Positions 1-9,711 of a DNA stretch of 64,000 bases are shown one piece after another (within the stretch, counting starts at the first letter, position 1; each line of letters begins with the position of its first letter). The translations under genes and the position numbers were made by a program. Origin of the DNA: Candidatus Hermodarchaeota archaeon (GTDB taxonomy: Archaea > Asgardarchaeota > Hermodarchaeia > Hermodarchaeales > Hermodarchaeaceae). Under the pieces are notes generated by a model. The model had not been told where the DNA came from, did not search any database, and saw only the letters and a program-made list of their open reading frames with translations. The stretch spans positions 32,001 through 96,000 of the forward strand of contig JAEOTO010000032.1 of NCBI GenBank assembly GCA_016839805.1, written 5' to 3'.

Positions 1-242
1 AATTTGGTCCAGCCATATCGGTGCCCGAACTCGAACTAATTGTTGTCAGTGAAGAAACCTGCCCAGTAGCAAAGGAAATTAACGAGATCCGTCGAGAACA
101 TGGACTCTCCCTCTTACATATTGCCGTTCTAACGATGGTTATGGCAGAGGATCAAATTTCAATATCTTCAACCCGAATCCGAGCTGGAATCATCGACCGT
201 GATGGTCATGTAATTTATCGAGAAGTAGCTAGCCACCAGTGA
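1..242 (+). CDS. coaD: Archaeal phosphopantetheine adenylyltransferase, 5'-truncated by the window edge
   Basis: Frame open from position 3: FGPAI..LIVVSEET...INEIR...ISSTRIRAGIIDRDG, the typical archaeal PPAT C-terminus. Confidence 0.85.
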   Translation, partial: FGPAISVPELELIVVSEETCPVAKEINEIRREHGLSLLHIAVLTMVMAEDQISISSTRIRAGIIDRDGHVIYREVASHQ

Positions 243-254
243 AAGACTTTAAGA
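241..254 (+). promoter_or_regulatory. BRE/TATA-like promoter of the downstream ncRNA
   Basis: GAAAGAC-TTTAAGA shortly upstream of the structured non-coding region. Confidence 0.45.
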
Positions 255-270
255 GGCGCCGTTGACTTTT

Positions 271-600
271 GGCTTCCAGCAATGAAGGGATAACAGCCAC
301 TTTCGAGGACGAACCTGAAGAGTTCCTTCTTATGATGGTTCGTGCAAATTCGTGGCGACACTGGAGCAGCGTTGAAGGTTATGAGGCATGTGACAGGCTC
401 CTGCTTGATCTAGGACGTGTAGTCCAGAGGTGATTGTGGGGGCAACCCACGATGTCCACACTTCGACGCCGGGTCGCACTGTGCTCATTACGCCCGACAT
501 ATTAAGAGAGGACCTGTCGGAGGACTCACGGCGATTCGCCCACCGATGATGATGGGGCGTTAGTGTATCGGTCGACAGGGCCTAAGCGACCCACCCTTTC
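271..600 (+). ncRNA. Structured ncRNA containing a box H/ACA guide hairpin (296-360) and further helical domains
   Basis: No ORF. Stems GCCAC(296-300)/GTGGC(352-356) and ACGAACC(309-315)/GGTTCGT(337-343), K-turn CUGA...AUGAUG, ACA at 358-360 14 nt below the upper stem. Further helices 369-377/461-469, 471-477/586-592, 513-520/572-579. T-rich end. Confidence 0.7.
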
Positions 601-619
601 TTACTGAACCTTAAACCAG

Positions 620-1474
620 GTGACGAAAATATCCCGTCGACCTTCACCCTTCCATGAATTTCTGACAGCCCAACTTGGTACACAGATTCCTTCAGAACTG
701 CTCCCTCGCCGTCTCAGAATATTAGGTCATGTAGCTGTCCTCTGGTTACACCCTCAAGTGGAACAGTATAAGGAATTAATCGGTCAAACGGTATTACGAT
801 ATAGCCCAAAAATCCGGTCAGTCCTCAGACGAACAGCAGCTATTGCTGGTCCATTCCGTCAACCGGCAGTTGAATTGATAGCAGGTTCTCCTGAAACCGA
901 GACTGTTCTCAAAGAAAACAACATCATTTTTCACCTAGACCCAATGAAAGTAATGTTCTCACTAGGGAATAAATCAGAACGGCTTCGAATGAGTCAGGTT
1001 GGATCTGGTGAGACGGTTATTGACATGTTCACAGGAATTGGCCAATTTTCTCTCCCCCTTGCAGTTCACGCTCACCCAATTGTCGTACATGCAATTGAAT
1101 GGAATCCAGATGCCTTTGAATACCTTAACCAAAATATTATGGCGAATAGGATTTCAAAGATTGTCAAGGCGCATTTTGGTGATTCAGCAATTATAGCTCC
1201 GAAAATTAGTCAAGGATGTGCGGATCGTGTCATAATGGGATTGATTCAAGGGACATCTAGATATATCAAACAAGGAATTTCGAGTCTTCGACCTGGAGGA
1301 ATTATGCACCTCCATGAAGTGGAACCAAAGGATAAGATCCCCGCATCGATTCTTTCCAATCTAGAAAATTCTGCTGGCTTACTTAAACGTGAAATAGCAT
1401 TACTTGAGACCCGTATAATTAAGACCTATAACCCACAATTGAACCATTTTGTAATGGATGTCCAGGTTAATTAA
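620..1474 (+). CDS. Trm5/Tyw2 (Met-10+) family SAM-dependent tRNA-modifying transferase, probably Taw2
   Basis: KVMFSLGNKSERLRM, DMFTGIGQF, AIEWNP, ADRVIMG motifs. Confidence 0.8.
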   Translation: MTKISRRPSPFHEFLTAQLGTQIPSELLPRRLRILGHVAVLWLHPQVEQYKELIGQTVLRYSPKIRSVLRRTAAIAGPFRQPAVELIAGSPETETVLKENNIIFHLDPMKVMFSLGNKSERLRMSQVGSGETVIDMFTGIGQFSLPLAVHAHPIVVHAIEWNPDAFEYLNQNIMANRISKIVKAHFGDSAIIAPKISQGCADRVIMGLIQGTSRYIKQGISSLRPGGIMHLHEVEPKDKIPASILSNLENSAGLLKREIALLETRIIKTYNPQLNHFVMDVQVN

Positions 1475-1490
1475 CAGAAAATGGACTCGT

Positions 1491-2588
1491 CTATCGAGTA
1501 ATTTGATATTGCGAAATTTCTTGAAATAATTTTATGGCTTCAGGTGTATCATCAAAGTATTTTCGGACAGGCTCAAGGAGATCGATAATTGCCTTCGTTG
1601 CCGCCTGCTTGAGATCCAGTGGATGAACTGCACCTGACGCATATAATTCCTCAAGTTCATCAGCACTTGTAACGCTCAATGCACCGCCGTATTTTTCTGA
1701 TCTCTCTAGGTGTAATGTGAACCCGTCCTGTGAAAATAAGAGATTACGAACATAGTTGAGTATAGGATTACCTTCTACAGTCTGAGCCGGACAATAAGCA
1801 TTACGAATTTTCTTCGTAATTTCTCGTGACGAATCATGAATCAGGATTGAATCCCCGGGCTTAGATTTCGACATTTTAGAAGCCGTGGCTAAGTCTTGAG
1901 CAGAAAATTCGATTCCTATATCCATTCGCGAAGTTCCAGTTAGACCAGGCAAAAGCGGCATATGGATTCCCACTGGTTTCCAGTCTAGCTTCATTTTATC
2001 TGTCACTTCGCGAGCTAGAACATGAGCACGTCGTTGATCCATTCCTGCTAGACAAACCTCATACTGTTGGTCAATAATATCTGCAACCTGCAAACAAGGA
2101 TAAATTAACTTGGAAAAGTCTATTGTGGCTTCTTCTTCACTTCGCCCCATAATATCTGTTGACCTTCGGACTCTTGCTAAAGTCAGATTTTTAGCAACTT
2201 GTAAAACCTTTTCCCAATACTCTAATCGACGCATTAGGTCCTCAGCTGTGACGATGTGTACTTTGCGCAGATCAACATTAAGTGCCACAAAGCAATGTCG
2301 AAGATATTCAGCACACTGTCGAATTCGTTCAATATTGCCACCTAGTTTGTCATTAATTTGTGCATGCCATGTTGCAAGCAATATTTCCATTCGGACACCC
2401 AAATCTACGAGTTTGTTGAGTTTCTGAACCCAGCCAATCCAGCCGATATGGAATAACCCACTGGGTTCAACACCCACATAACCTCGAGGTTTCTCCTTGC
2501 GTTCGAATATCTTAGCAAGATCTTCCAACGTTAAGATTTCCTGTGTGTGTAGTGCAGCTTGTTCAACATCAGGCGGAAGGTTATTCAC
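1491..2588 (-). CDS. tyrS: Tyrosine--tRNA ligase (start approximate; the ORF track over-extends it)
   Basis: YVGVEPSGLFHIG, YPCLQVAD, GMDQRRAH, KMSKS. Confidence 0.95.
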   Translation of the reverse strand: MNNLPPDVEQAALHTQEILTLEDLAKIFERKEKPRGYVGVEPSGLFHIGWIGWVQKLNKLVDLGVRMEILLATWHAQINDKLGGNIERIRQCAEYLRHCFVALNVDLRKVHIVTAEDLMRRLEYWEKVLQVAKNLTLARVRRSTDIMGRSEEEATIDFSKLIYPCLQVADIIDQQYEVCLAGMDQRRAHVLAREVTDKMKLDWKPVGIHMPLLPGLTGTSRMDIGIEFSAQDLATASKMSKSKPGDSILIHDSSREITKKIRNAYCPAQTVEGNPILNYVRNLLFSQDGFTLHLERSEKYGGALSVTSADELEELYASGAVHPLDLKQAATKAIIDLLEPVRKYFDDTPEAIKLFQEISQYQITR

Positions 2589-2717
2589 AGGTAACACGTC
2601 CACGTGTCTCGGGCATGTTTTGTTTAATATAAAAAGACACCGATGTAAACCTACTCCCTTTATGAAAGGGTAATAAAAATACAAACCACAGTAATTGCTT
2701 GAAATTGGCGAAGCTTC

Positions 2718-3116
2718 ATGGTTCGACAGCGTAAAAACACTAATAGAACTCAGGAAATATTCGAAGAGCGTTTCAAAAAAGGAGTTAAGCTCTTATTAGA
2801 GCTTTCTAGTAAGGGTGTGCCCATTGCCGTGGAGGGAATTAAAGATATTACTGCTCTTCGTAGGATGGGATTAACTGGGCCCATACATACCCTAACGGGT
2901 CATAGCATCGTGAGTCTAGCTGATGAGCTTGCGGATTCAAATCAGCTTTTGATTTTATTTGACTTTGATCGCCGCGGAGAACAACTTTCTAGGCAATTAA
3001 CACACCAATTACAAGGTCGAGGCGTACATTTGTTATTGAAGGAACGGAGTCAGTTACGACGTGCTTTCTGTTGGTATTCTCGAGTTATTGAAGGACTAAG
3101 ATTCCCCGTGAAATAG
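2718..3116 (+). CDS. Small TOPRIM-domain protein
   Basis: IAVEGIKDITAL and ILFDFDRRGE TOPRIM motifs. Confidence 0.8.
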   Translation: MVRQRKNTNRTQEIFEERFKKGVKLLLELSSKGVPIAVEGIKDITALRRMGLTGPIHTLTGHSIVSLADELADSNQLLILFDFDRRGEQLSRQLTHQLQGRGVHLLLKERSQLRRAFCWYSRVIEGLRFPVK

Positions 3117-3282
3117 TTCGAAAGGCGGAAAGTTTTAATGTGTTTCATTCAAGTGGCTATTTGCATCACGCTTACAAAGTTGCATTATCTAATCAAAAAC
3201 AATCAGAAAAAATAACGGCGCACTCACAATCACGCGCCGCCACTAAAAAAAATTACAATTCACTAATCACTAGGTGACGATT

Positions 3283-4594
3283 ATGGTAGCAAATGCAGAA
3301 ACCACTGGTACCACTAAATATTGTATTCGTGGGAAAATTGAAATTGATGGAGTAGTAGAAACCCCGGATGTTGTAGGCGCCCTCTTTGGCCAAACTGAGG
3401 GCCTACACTTCATATCATTGATTTGAAGGGGCAATCGGCGAAGATTTGGACCTCAGAGAATTGCAACAATCGGGACGAATTGGTCGAATAAAAGTTGAGC
3501 TGCACTCGGAAAGTGGCAAATCAAAAGGTACTATTACCATTCCATGCAGTCTTGATCGAACGGAAACTGCAATCCTTGCAGCAGCCATTGAAACGGTGGA
3601 CCGCGTGGGTCCCTGTGCTGCTAAGATTACACTAGAAAAGGTAGAAGACGTTCGAGAAGAAAAACGTAAACGCATTATTGACCGTGCTGTAGAACTATTA
3701 CGCGACTGGGAGGGAGAAATCTCCCCAGATTCGCAGGAAATGACCGACACTGTAGTTAGCGAATCCCGTACAGCCGATATAACGAAAATTGGTAAAGATA
3801 GGCTTCCGGCAGGCCCTGATACGCAAAAATCTGATACCATCATTATTGTCGAAGGACGTGCTGACGTACTCGCACTACTTAGAGCTGGTATTAGAAATGC
3901 TGTTGCAGTTGAAGGTACCTCGATTCCAAAATCATTACGCGAAATTATTAACTCAAAAACGGTAATTGCCTTCCTTGACGGAGATCGAGGAGGCGATCTG
4001 ATTCTCAAAGAATTATCTCAAGTCTCGAATGTAGATTTTGTTGCAAGGGCACCTCATGGTAGAGAAGTAGAAGAGCTTACACATAAAGAAATTACCAAGG
4101 CGCTTCGCCATAAGGTTCCTGCTGAACAACTAACTGGGAAACCAAGGAGAAGGAAACCTACAACGACCCCGAGGACAAAACAGCAGATACGTCGGACCAA
4201 ACCACAGAAGACCAAAGAACCGCCTCGGAAGACAAAAACCACTACTACAAAAAGGACTTCACGAGCTAAAGCGATTGAAAAAGCGAAAGTAGAACCAAAG
4301 GAGTTGGGCATTCCAAAACCAGTTCTTGATTCTGCCGAGAAGATACAACAGACTATGATGGCTGTTATTTTTGATGATAATTTCAAACAACTTCAAGAAC
4401 CGCATGTTGGAGAACTAGCAAACGAGTTACAGAAGCTTGACAAAGCAAATACGCTTCTTCTAGATGGCGTGGTTACTCAGCGTCTCATTGATATTGCAGA
4501 GGAACGAGGGGTTAGGTTGATTATTGGTGTTCGTATTGGTAATATTGTCAAGAAGCCTGCAAAAATGCGAATTCATACATTTGATGAGTTATAA
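3283..4594 (+). CDS. dnaG: Archaeal DnaG (exosome-associated, primase-like), split by a 28-nt intron: exons 3283-3406 and 3435-4594, 427 aa
   Basis: GGTGA Shine-Dalgarno and ATG at 3283. [31 protein letters not shown]|[19 protein letters not shown] is restored on splicing. [14 protein letters not shown] and FLDGDRGG. Confidence 0.93.
3407..3434 (+). other. Bulge-helix-bulge intron in dnaG pre-mRNA
   Basis: Central helix GCCT(3401-04)/GGGC(3429-32), bulges AC^A and AA^T, intron stem CTTCA/TGAAG. The unspliced form has a stop codon and a frameshift. Confidence 0.88.
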
Positions 4595-4683
4595 CATGCC
4601 ATCATCCTGTCAAGTCAGCAAGGCTTAAATATCGAGCACTCTCAGGTTCGCCTCGACCCTATCAATACAGTGAGTGTGTTTTC

Positions 4684-4980
4684 GTGGCTGAAACAAATGC
4701 AAAGCTCATCCGAGTCCTTCGAGCAGTCGCATTGCTCTTCCTAGTTGCAGCAGCAGCCCTTATCTTGTTAAACCTGGTTCCCGGTATTTCTTGGGAACTA
4801 CCTTCTGCCGTTGTTTTTTTGGGCTTTATACTCATCGGCGGTCTTAGCTTTGGTATTTCTGGATTGATGTCAGAAAATCCTCAAATAACCCGAAAGTTAT
4901 TCTTTGAATGGCTTATTGTTGTTGCCGTGATTCTCATATGGGTCGTTGGTGTCTATTCTTTACTAATTCCAATTACATGA
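4684..4980 (+). CDS. Small membrane protein, about 3 TM helices, unknown function
   Basis: Hydrophobic ORF directly upstream of atpD. Confidence 0.65.
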   Translation: MAETNAKLIRVLRAVALLFLVAAAALILLNLVPGISWELPSAVVFLGFILIGGLSFGISGLMSENPQITRKLFFEWLIVVAVILIWVVGVYSLLIPIT

Positions 4981-4989
4981 GGTAGCATC

Positions 4990-5643
4990 TTGTCTGAATC
5001 GGCTGGAATCATTGCAGGTGTTCGTCCAACACGAATGGAGTTACTAGCCTTAAAGGAGAGACGTGAACTAGCTGCACGTGGTTATGAACTTCTCCGAGAA
5101 AAACAGGATGCATTGGTCCGTGAATTTTTCGCAATATTATCTGAGGCGAAGAAGTATCGAGAAGAAATGGAAACTACTTTGGCTGAAGCTTTTTCATCGT
5201 TTATGGAAGCAAAATTAGTTGAAGGCGGAGCAAAATTAGAAGAACTATCTTTGGGTGCAAGAAGTCCGATAGATTTTGAAGTTGAAACAAGGAACACGAT
5301 GGGGGTTTCAGTGCCCATATTCCGGATTACACAACAGAATGAAGAACACCACCTACATTATAGTCTGGCCAGTACTTCTGCTGCCGTAGACAAAGCCACT
5401 CAGAAGGTACGTTCAGCCCTCGATAAAGTTGTGCGCCTTGCGGAAATTGAAGCAACAGTCAAACGGCTTGCTGCTGAAATTGAGAAAACAAAACGGCGTG
5501 TAAATGCCTTAAACTACGTGGTTCTTCCCCGAATCAATAATACAATCCGATACATTGAGCTCATGCTTGAAGAGCAAGAAAGAGAGGATCTATTTAGAAT
5601 GAAACGTGTTAAGGCTATGTTGGAACGCAAAGCTCGTATGTAA
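4990..5643 (+). CDS. atpD: A/V-type ATP synthase subunit D
   Basis: RPTRMEL...GYELLREKQDAL...IEKTKRRVNAL. Confidence 0.95.
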   Translation: MSESAGIIAGVRPTRMELLALKERRELAARGYELLREKQDALVREFFAILSEAKKYREEMETTLAEAFSSFMEAKLVEGGAKLEELSLGARSPIDFEVETRNTMGVSVPIFRITQQNEEHHLHYSLASTSAAVDKATQKVRSALDKVVRLAEIEATVKRLAAEIEKTKRRVNALNYVVLPRINNTIRYIELMLEEQEREDLFRMKRVKAMLERKARM

Positions 5644-5648
5644 CTGTC

Positions 5649-6074
5649 TTAGCCTTGAGTAAGAGTAATTATTGCCTTAGCCAGGTTCCCGTCCGTCGCT
5701 CGCAACGCCTCTCGGGCGTCCTCCTCAGAAACATTAGCTTGACTTGCTACTAGTTGAACATCCTCTTCTGTAAAAGATCGAGGAGGAGCTATTGAAGTTC
5801 CTTCTTCAACTGCAGTGGAAGCTGTTATTCCTCTTTCCTCAGATTGGCCTACTATTTGATAAATATCGTCACCTTGTGCTTTCATTAAGAGTACTTGAGG
5901 TTCGGGAAGGATTAATTCTTTGTCAGGAAAACGAATAAGGACCTCTGTGACGTCATCTAATTGTTGAAAATCGACGCCCATGCGTCGCATTTGTCGCTCC
6001 ATTGAGCGCTTCTTTGACTTGACTTTTTTTACTTTTACCAAATTTGATCCCTCATTTTCACAACAAATTCGCAT
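5649..6074 (-). CDS. nac: Nascent polypeptide-associated complex protein
   Basis: MRRMGV NAC domain and C-terminal UBA-like EEDVQLVASQANVSEEDAREAL. Confidence 0.9.
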   Translation of the reverse strand: MRICCENEGSNLVKVKKVKSKKRSMERQMRRMGVDFQQLDDVTEVLIRFPDKELILPEPQVLLMKAQGDDIYQIVGQSEERGITASTAVEEGTSIAPPRSFTEEDVQLVASQANVSEEDAREALRATDGNLAKAIITLTQG

Positions 6075-6090
6075 TATTGATTGACATAAT

Positions 6091-6603
6091 TTAGGTTTTT
6101 CTTTTCTTGCTTGAATGCCGCGTTTTAACAGCTACACCACGGGACAACTCAAGCATTTCTTGAGGACTTAATTGAGCCATCCCCACAGCAAGAAGAGTAT
6201 CTTTGTCATCTACGACAAGGACTTCATCTCCTGCCCGCAAATCGGGATCTACCTCTTTAATGTGTTTAGCAAAAACGCTGCGGCCTTCTTTAATAAAAGG
6301 TGCGATCTCTTGGCTTACAATTACACGAAGCTTCGGGTAGGGAGCTGTTTGATGTAAACGCATAGCACCAGTCATGGTTAAGACAATTCGTCCATCATGT
6401 GCTCGAATAGTAGCAAGAACTTTAGATTCGAGTAACACTCTACGAATTTGACCTGATCTTTTGGAAATCTCTAACTCACAATTATCTGGGAATAGCAGGT
6501 GTCCAATTGAAGAGCTGAATTGATAGTTCGCTATACCTCTTGCCCTAAGCAATGGATCATCAATCTCGATTTGGCTCGCCTCGTCTTTCTTACAATAGAT
6601 CAT
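6091..6603 (-). CDS. PUA-domain RNA-binding protein (similar to the archaeosine tRNA-ribosyltransferase C-terminus)
   Basis: [32 protein letters not shown]. Confidence 0.85.
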   Translation of the reverse strand: MIYCKKDEASQIEIDDPLLRARGIANYQFSSSIGHLLFPDNCELEISKRSGQIRRVLLESKVLATIRAHDGRIVLTMTGAMRLHQTAPYPKLRVIVSQEIAPFIKEGRSVFAKHIKEVDPDLRAGDEVLVVDDKDTLLAVGMAQLSPQEMLELSRGVAVKTRHSSKKRKT

Positions 6604-7814
6604 CCATAAATGTCTGTCGCGTCGCTACGGTCAGCAATGTTGCCTAAAACTTTGGTTATGGCTTTGTTGAAGTCATCCCGGCTAACAACATCCCGAAGTT
6701 CTCGAATAGCGAACATTCCCGCTTCGGTGCAAATTGCTTTTAGATCGGCTCCAGATGCCCCATTTGTTTTGGCGGCAATTAAGCTAACATCTACATCAGA
6801 TTGGATGTTCATATTTCGCATATGAATTTGGAGTATCTGTATTCGAGCTTCTTTATCAGGAAATGGAAATTCGATAATGCGGTCAAATCGTCCTGGTCGA
6901 GTTAACGCATTGTCTAGGATGTCGGGTCGATTAGTGGCAGCGATAATTCGAACATCACCACGAGGATCAAATCCATCGAGCATGCTGAGGAGTTGCATAA
7001 GAGTACGTTGCACCTCGCGATCTCCGCTTGTTGCTATATCGAGTCGTCGACTTGCAACAGCATCTAATTCATCGATAAAAACAATACTTGGAGAACGTTT
7101 ACGAGCCATATAGAAGATTTCTCTAACGATGCGTGCTCCTTCGCCAATGAATTTCTGCACTAATTCGGAACCAATGACGCGAATAAAGGTGGCTTTTGTT
7201 TCATGGGCTACCGCTCGGGCGAGTAGGGTTTTTCCTGTGCCAGGTGGACCACATAAAAGAACGCCTTTGGGCGGTTCAATACCGACTTTTTCAAAGAGCT
7301 CAGGGTGTAGAAGGGGAAGTTCAACTGTTTCACGAATCTCTGCAATCTGCTCTTCTAATCCACCAATATCCTCATACGTAACATCGGGACTTTCTTCTAC
7401 ATTCATAGCCTGAACAAAAGGATCAACCGAAATGGGTAAGACATCTACAACCGCCAGGGTTCGCTGGTTAAGAGCTACTTTCGCTCCAGATTCAAGTTTG
7501 CTTCCAATAATTGATTCGGGGTAATTAACAACGAATTGTGGTCCCGTGCTACTTTTCACAATTACTCTGCCATCACCAAGAACATCGATTACTGTGGCTG
7601 AGACCAATGGAGGTTGTCTTAGCTTATTCAGCTCTGCCTGTAAAATCCGAACTTCATTTTCAAGTCGAGTACGTTCAGCTGTGATTTGTTCCTTTTCGAG
7701 TTCTAACTCACGGACTCGTTGCTCCAATAAGATTGTACGTTCAGCAAGAGACATGTAATCTTCAGGGGAGATCGCTTTTTTACGAATATCAGTGGAATCG
7801 GTCATTGCAAGCAC
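6600..7814 (-). CDS. pan: Proteasome-activating nucleotidase
   Basis: Coiled coil, OB domain and AAA+ module ([21 protein letters not shown]); HbYX C-terminus IYG. Confidence 0.95.
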   Translation of the reverse strand: MLAMTDSTDIRKKAISPEDYMSLAERTILLEQRVRELELEKEQITAERTRLENEVRILQAELNKLRQPPLVSATVIDVLGDGRVIVKSSTGPQFVVNYPESIIGSKLESGAKVALNQRTLAVVDVLPISVDPFVQAMNVEESPDVTYEDIGGLEEQIAEIRETVELPLLHPELFEKVGIEPPKGVLLCGPPGTGKTLLARAVAHETKATFIRVIGSELVQKFIGEGARIVREIFYMARKRSPSIVFIDELDAVASRRLDIATSGDREVQRTLMQLLSMLDGFDPRGDVRIIAATNRPDILDNALTRPGRFDRIIEFPFPDKEARIQILQIHMRNMNIQSDVDVSLIAAKTNGASGADLKAICTEAGMFAIRELRDVVSRDDFNKAITKVLGNIADRSDATDIYG

Positions 7815-7947
7815 TCTGAGTTAAACGCGCTAAAAGCTTTTTTTATTCCTCCAGTGTTAATATAAAACCTCATTAGGAATCAGTTAGAATGAAAAGATAC
7901 TTTTAGATATTCGCGGGTAAAGTGTTAGATGGTGGCGAAAAAGCGTC

Positions 7948-8448
7948 ATGCCAACCTGTGAGATATGTGGTCGCGAATGCAAGTCAACGAGAGAAATTTC
8001 CCTTGAAGGAGCATGTCTCCAAGCCTGTAGTCGTTGTGCACAGCTAGGAGAACCTGTGCAACGAAGAAAAAAACCAAGCTCTCAGACTCGCCCAATAGCA
8101 AAACCCCGTTCTTCCTCAACTCGATATACCACAGTTCGCCCTCGTTCTCAAAGACGCGAGTTGGTACCGGTAGAAGATTTTACTAAGTTAATTCGAAGGG
8201 CAAGAGAAGAGAGAAAGTGGTCACAAAAAGACGTTGCTAATAAACTCCATGAAAGAACATCAGTCATCACAAAAGTTGAGAGTGGAAAAATGGCTCCCAC
8301 TATCAATCTGGCAAGAAAACTGGAACGCCTGTTTAAACTAACACTTCTTGAAGAAACAGAATCCATTGACCTTTCACCCACTCCTTCACACAGTACAGCA
8401 ACATTGGGAGATGTTGTTCAGATAAAACGAAAGAAACCCAGCTCCTAG
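7948..8448 (+). CDS. mbf1: Archaeal multiprotein bridging factor 1
   Basis: CEICG zinc ribbon and Cro-type HTH, ending TLGDVV. Confidence 0.9.
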   Translation: MPTCEICGRECKSTREISLEGACLQACSRCAQLGEPVQRRKKPSSQTRPIAKPRSSSTRYTTVRPRSQRRELVPVEDFTKLIRRAREERKWSQKDVANKLHERTSVITKVESGKMAPTINLARKLERLFKLTLLEETESIDLSPTPSHSTATLGDVVQIKRKKPSS

Positions 8449-8496
8449 ATTGATCGTAGCCGAGAGAGATACATATTGAAAGGTCGAGATTCCTTT

Positions 8497-9045
8497 ATGA
8501 AACCCCCAAAATGGCGCATAGTTGTATTAAGGCTGGATCATCGCCCTGAACGTGATAAACGAGTAACAACACATATTGGATTAACCGCACGGGCGTTTGG
8601 GGCATCAGGTCTTTGGACGGCAGGATTGAAGGATCTCAAAATTGTTGAGTCAATGAAACAGGTGACTTCACAGTGGGGTTACAAGAGATTTGAAGTCATA
8701 ACTGGAGTTAATTGGCGTCACCGGTTACGGAAGTGGAAAGAAGAAGGAGGTGAAGTTATTCATCTTACGATGTATGGGTTACATATTGACAAGGTAATAT
8801 CAAAAATTGATTCTTCACCTCGAGCTAAACTCATTGTAGTGGGTAGTTCAAAGGTTCCCATTGAGGTTTTCAAAGTTGCTGATTATAACGTCGCTATCGG
8901 TCATCAACCTCATAGTGAAATTGCTGCGCTGGCAATTTTTCTCGACCGACTTTTTCAAGGAAAAATGCTTCATAAAAGGTTTCTTGATGCTAAAATGGAA
9001 ATAAAACCTACAGCAGATGGGAAACGGGTTAAGGAACCGGAGTAA
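8497..9045 (+). CDS. trm56: tRNA (cytidine(56)-2'-O)-methyltransferase
   Basis: VLRLDHRPERDKRVTTH, HLTMYG, QPHSEIAALA. Confidence 0.93.
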   Translation: MKPPKWRIVVLRLDHRPERDKRVTTHIGLTARAFGASGLWTAGLKDLKIVESMKQVTSQWGYKRFEVITGVNWRHRLRKWKEEGGEVIHLTMYGLHIDKVISKIDSSPRAKLIVVGSSKVPIEVFKVADYNVAIGHQPHSEIAALAIFLDRLFQGKMLHKRFLDAKMEIKPTADGKRVKEPE

Positions 9046-9118
9046 TCATGATACGGATTGGGTCCAAGAACTGGATTTTGTGAAACAAAAAGGTCTATAT
9101 TCCATGCCGGAGTAGATT

Positions 9119-9640
9119 ATGTGTAAATCTATGTCTGGACGTGAGATGCTAATTAAGCAGGTTGTCATTGAGTTCGCCGGTGATGACGCATTTGAAGTTG
9201 CGTCGCGTTTGAAAGAGGATGAAGAAACTACAGATGAGGAAATTGCCAATCAAACAGGCATGCGCCTCAATGCTGTTAGGAAAATTCTCTACAAGCTTTA
9301 TGACCTTCATTTGGCGTCCTATCGCCGTACCCGCGATAAAGAAACCGGATGGTTTGTCTATTACTGGATATTAGAGCCGGAACGCATCCATGATCTTTTA
9401 CGCGAGAAAAAAAACAAGGTCCTTGAACGACTAAGACAGCGTCTAGCATACGAAGCAGAAAACACCTTCTACCATTGTAATCATGATGGCTGTCCACGTC
9501 ACACCTTTGATGAAGCCATGACAAACGCCTTCAAATGCCCAATATGTAATAACCAACTTGTCCACGTCGACAATACCCAAATAATCTCGATTCTACGCAA
9601 ACAAATTGAAGTCTTAGAGGAAGATATCAAGCCAAATTAG
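9119..9640 (+). CDS. tfe: Transcription factor E alpha subunit
   Basis: wHTH (TDEEIA...VRKILYKL...GWFVYYW) and zinc ribbon FKCPIC. Confidence 0.93.
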   Translation: MCKSMSGREMLIKQVVIEFAGDDAFEVASRLKEDEETTDEEIANQTGMRLNAVRKILYKLYDLHLASYRRTRDKETGWFVYYWILEPERIHDLLREKKNKVLERLRQRLAYEAENTFYHCNHDGCPRHTFDEAMTNAFKCPICNNQLVHVDNTQIISILRKQIEVLEEDIKPN

Positions 9641-9711
9641 TGTGTGCAAAGAAGGTTTCTTTATTCCAAGGAGACCTTTTTAGGGGAGCATCGAATAACG
9701 GAATTCAAGTT

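Noticed and set aside
287-296. GGGATAACAG, identical to a conserved 23S rRNA segment
   Set aside because: Ten-nucleotide sense match without flanking rRNA similarity; not an rRNA fragment
369-401. Apparent bipartite complementarity to 16S rRNA (GCGTTGAA and CAGGCTCC)
   Set aside because: GCGTTGAAG is better explained by the internal helix with 461-469, and the spacing does not fit a pseudouridylation pocket
271-600. RNase P RNA candidate
   Set aside because: No GAGGAAxxUCC or matching 3' P4 signature on either strand
3407-3434. dnaG, and likewise rps30e, as pseudogenes or sequencing errors
   Set aside because: Both inserts form BHB-type structures whose predicted cut sites restore the conserved protein exactly, and the rest of each gene is intact
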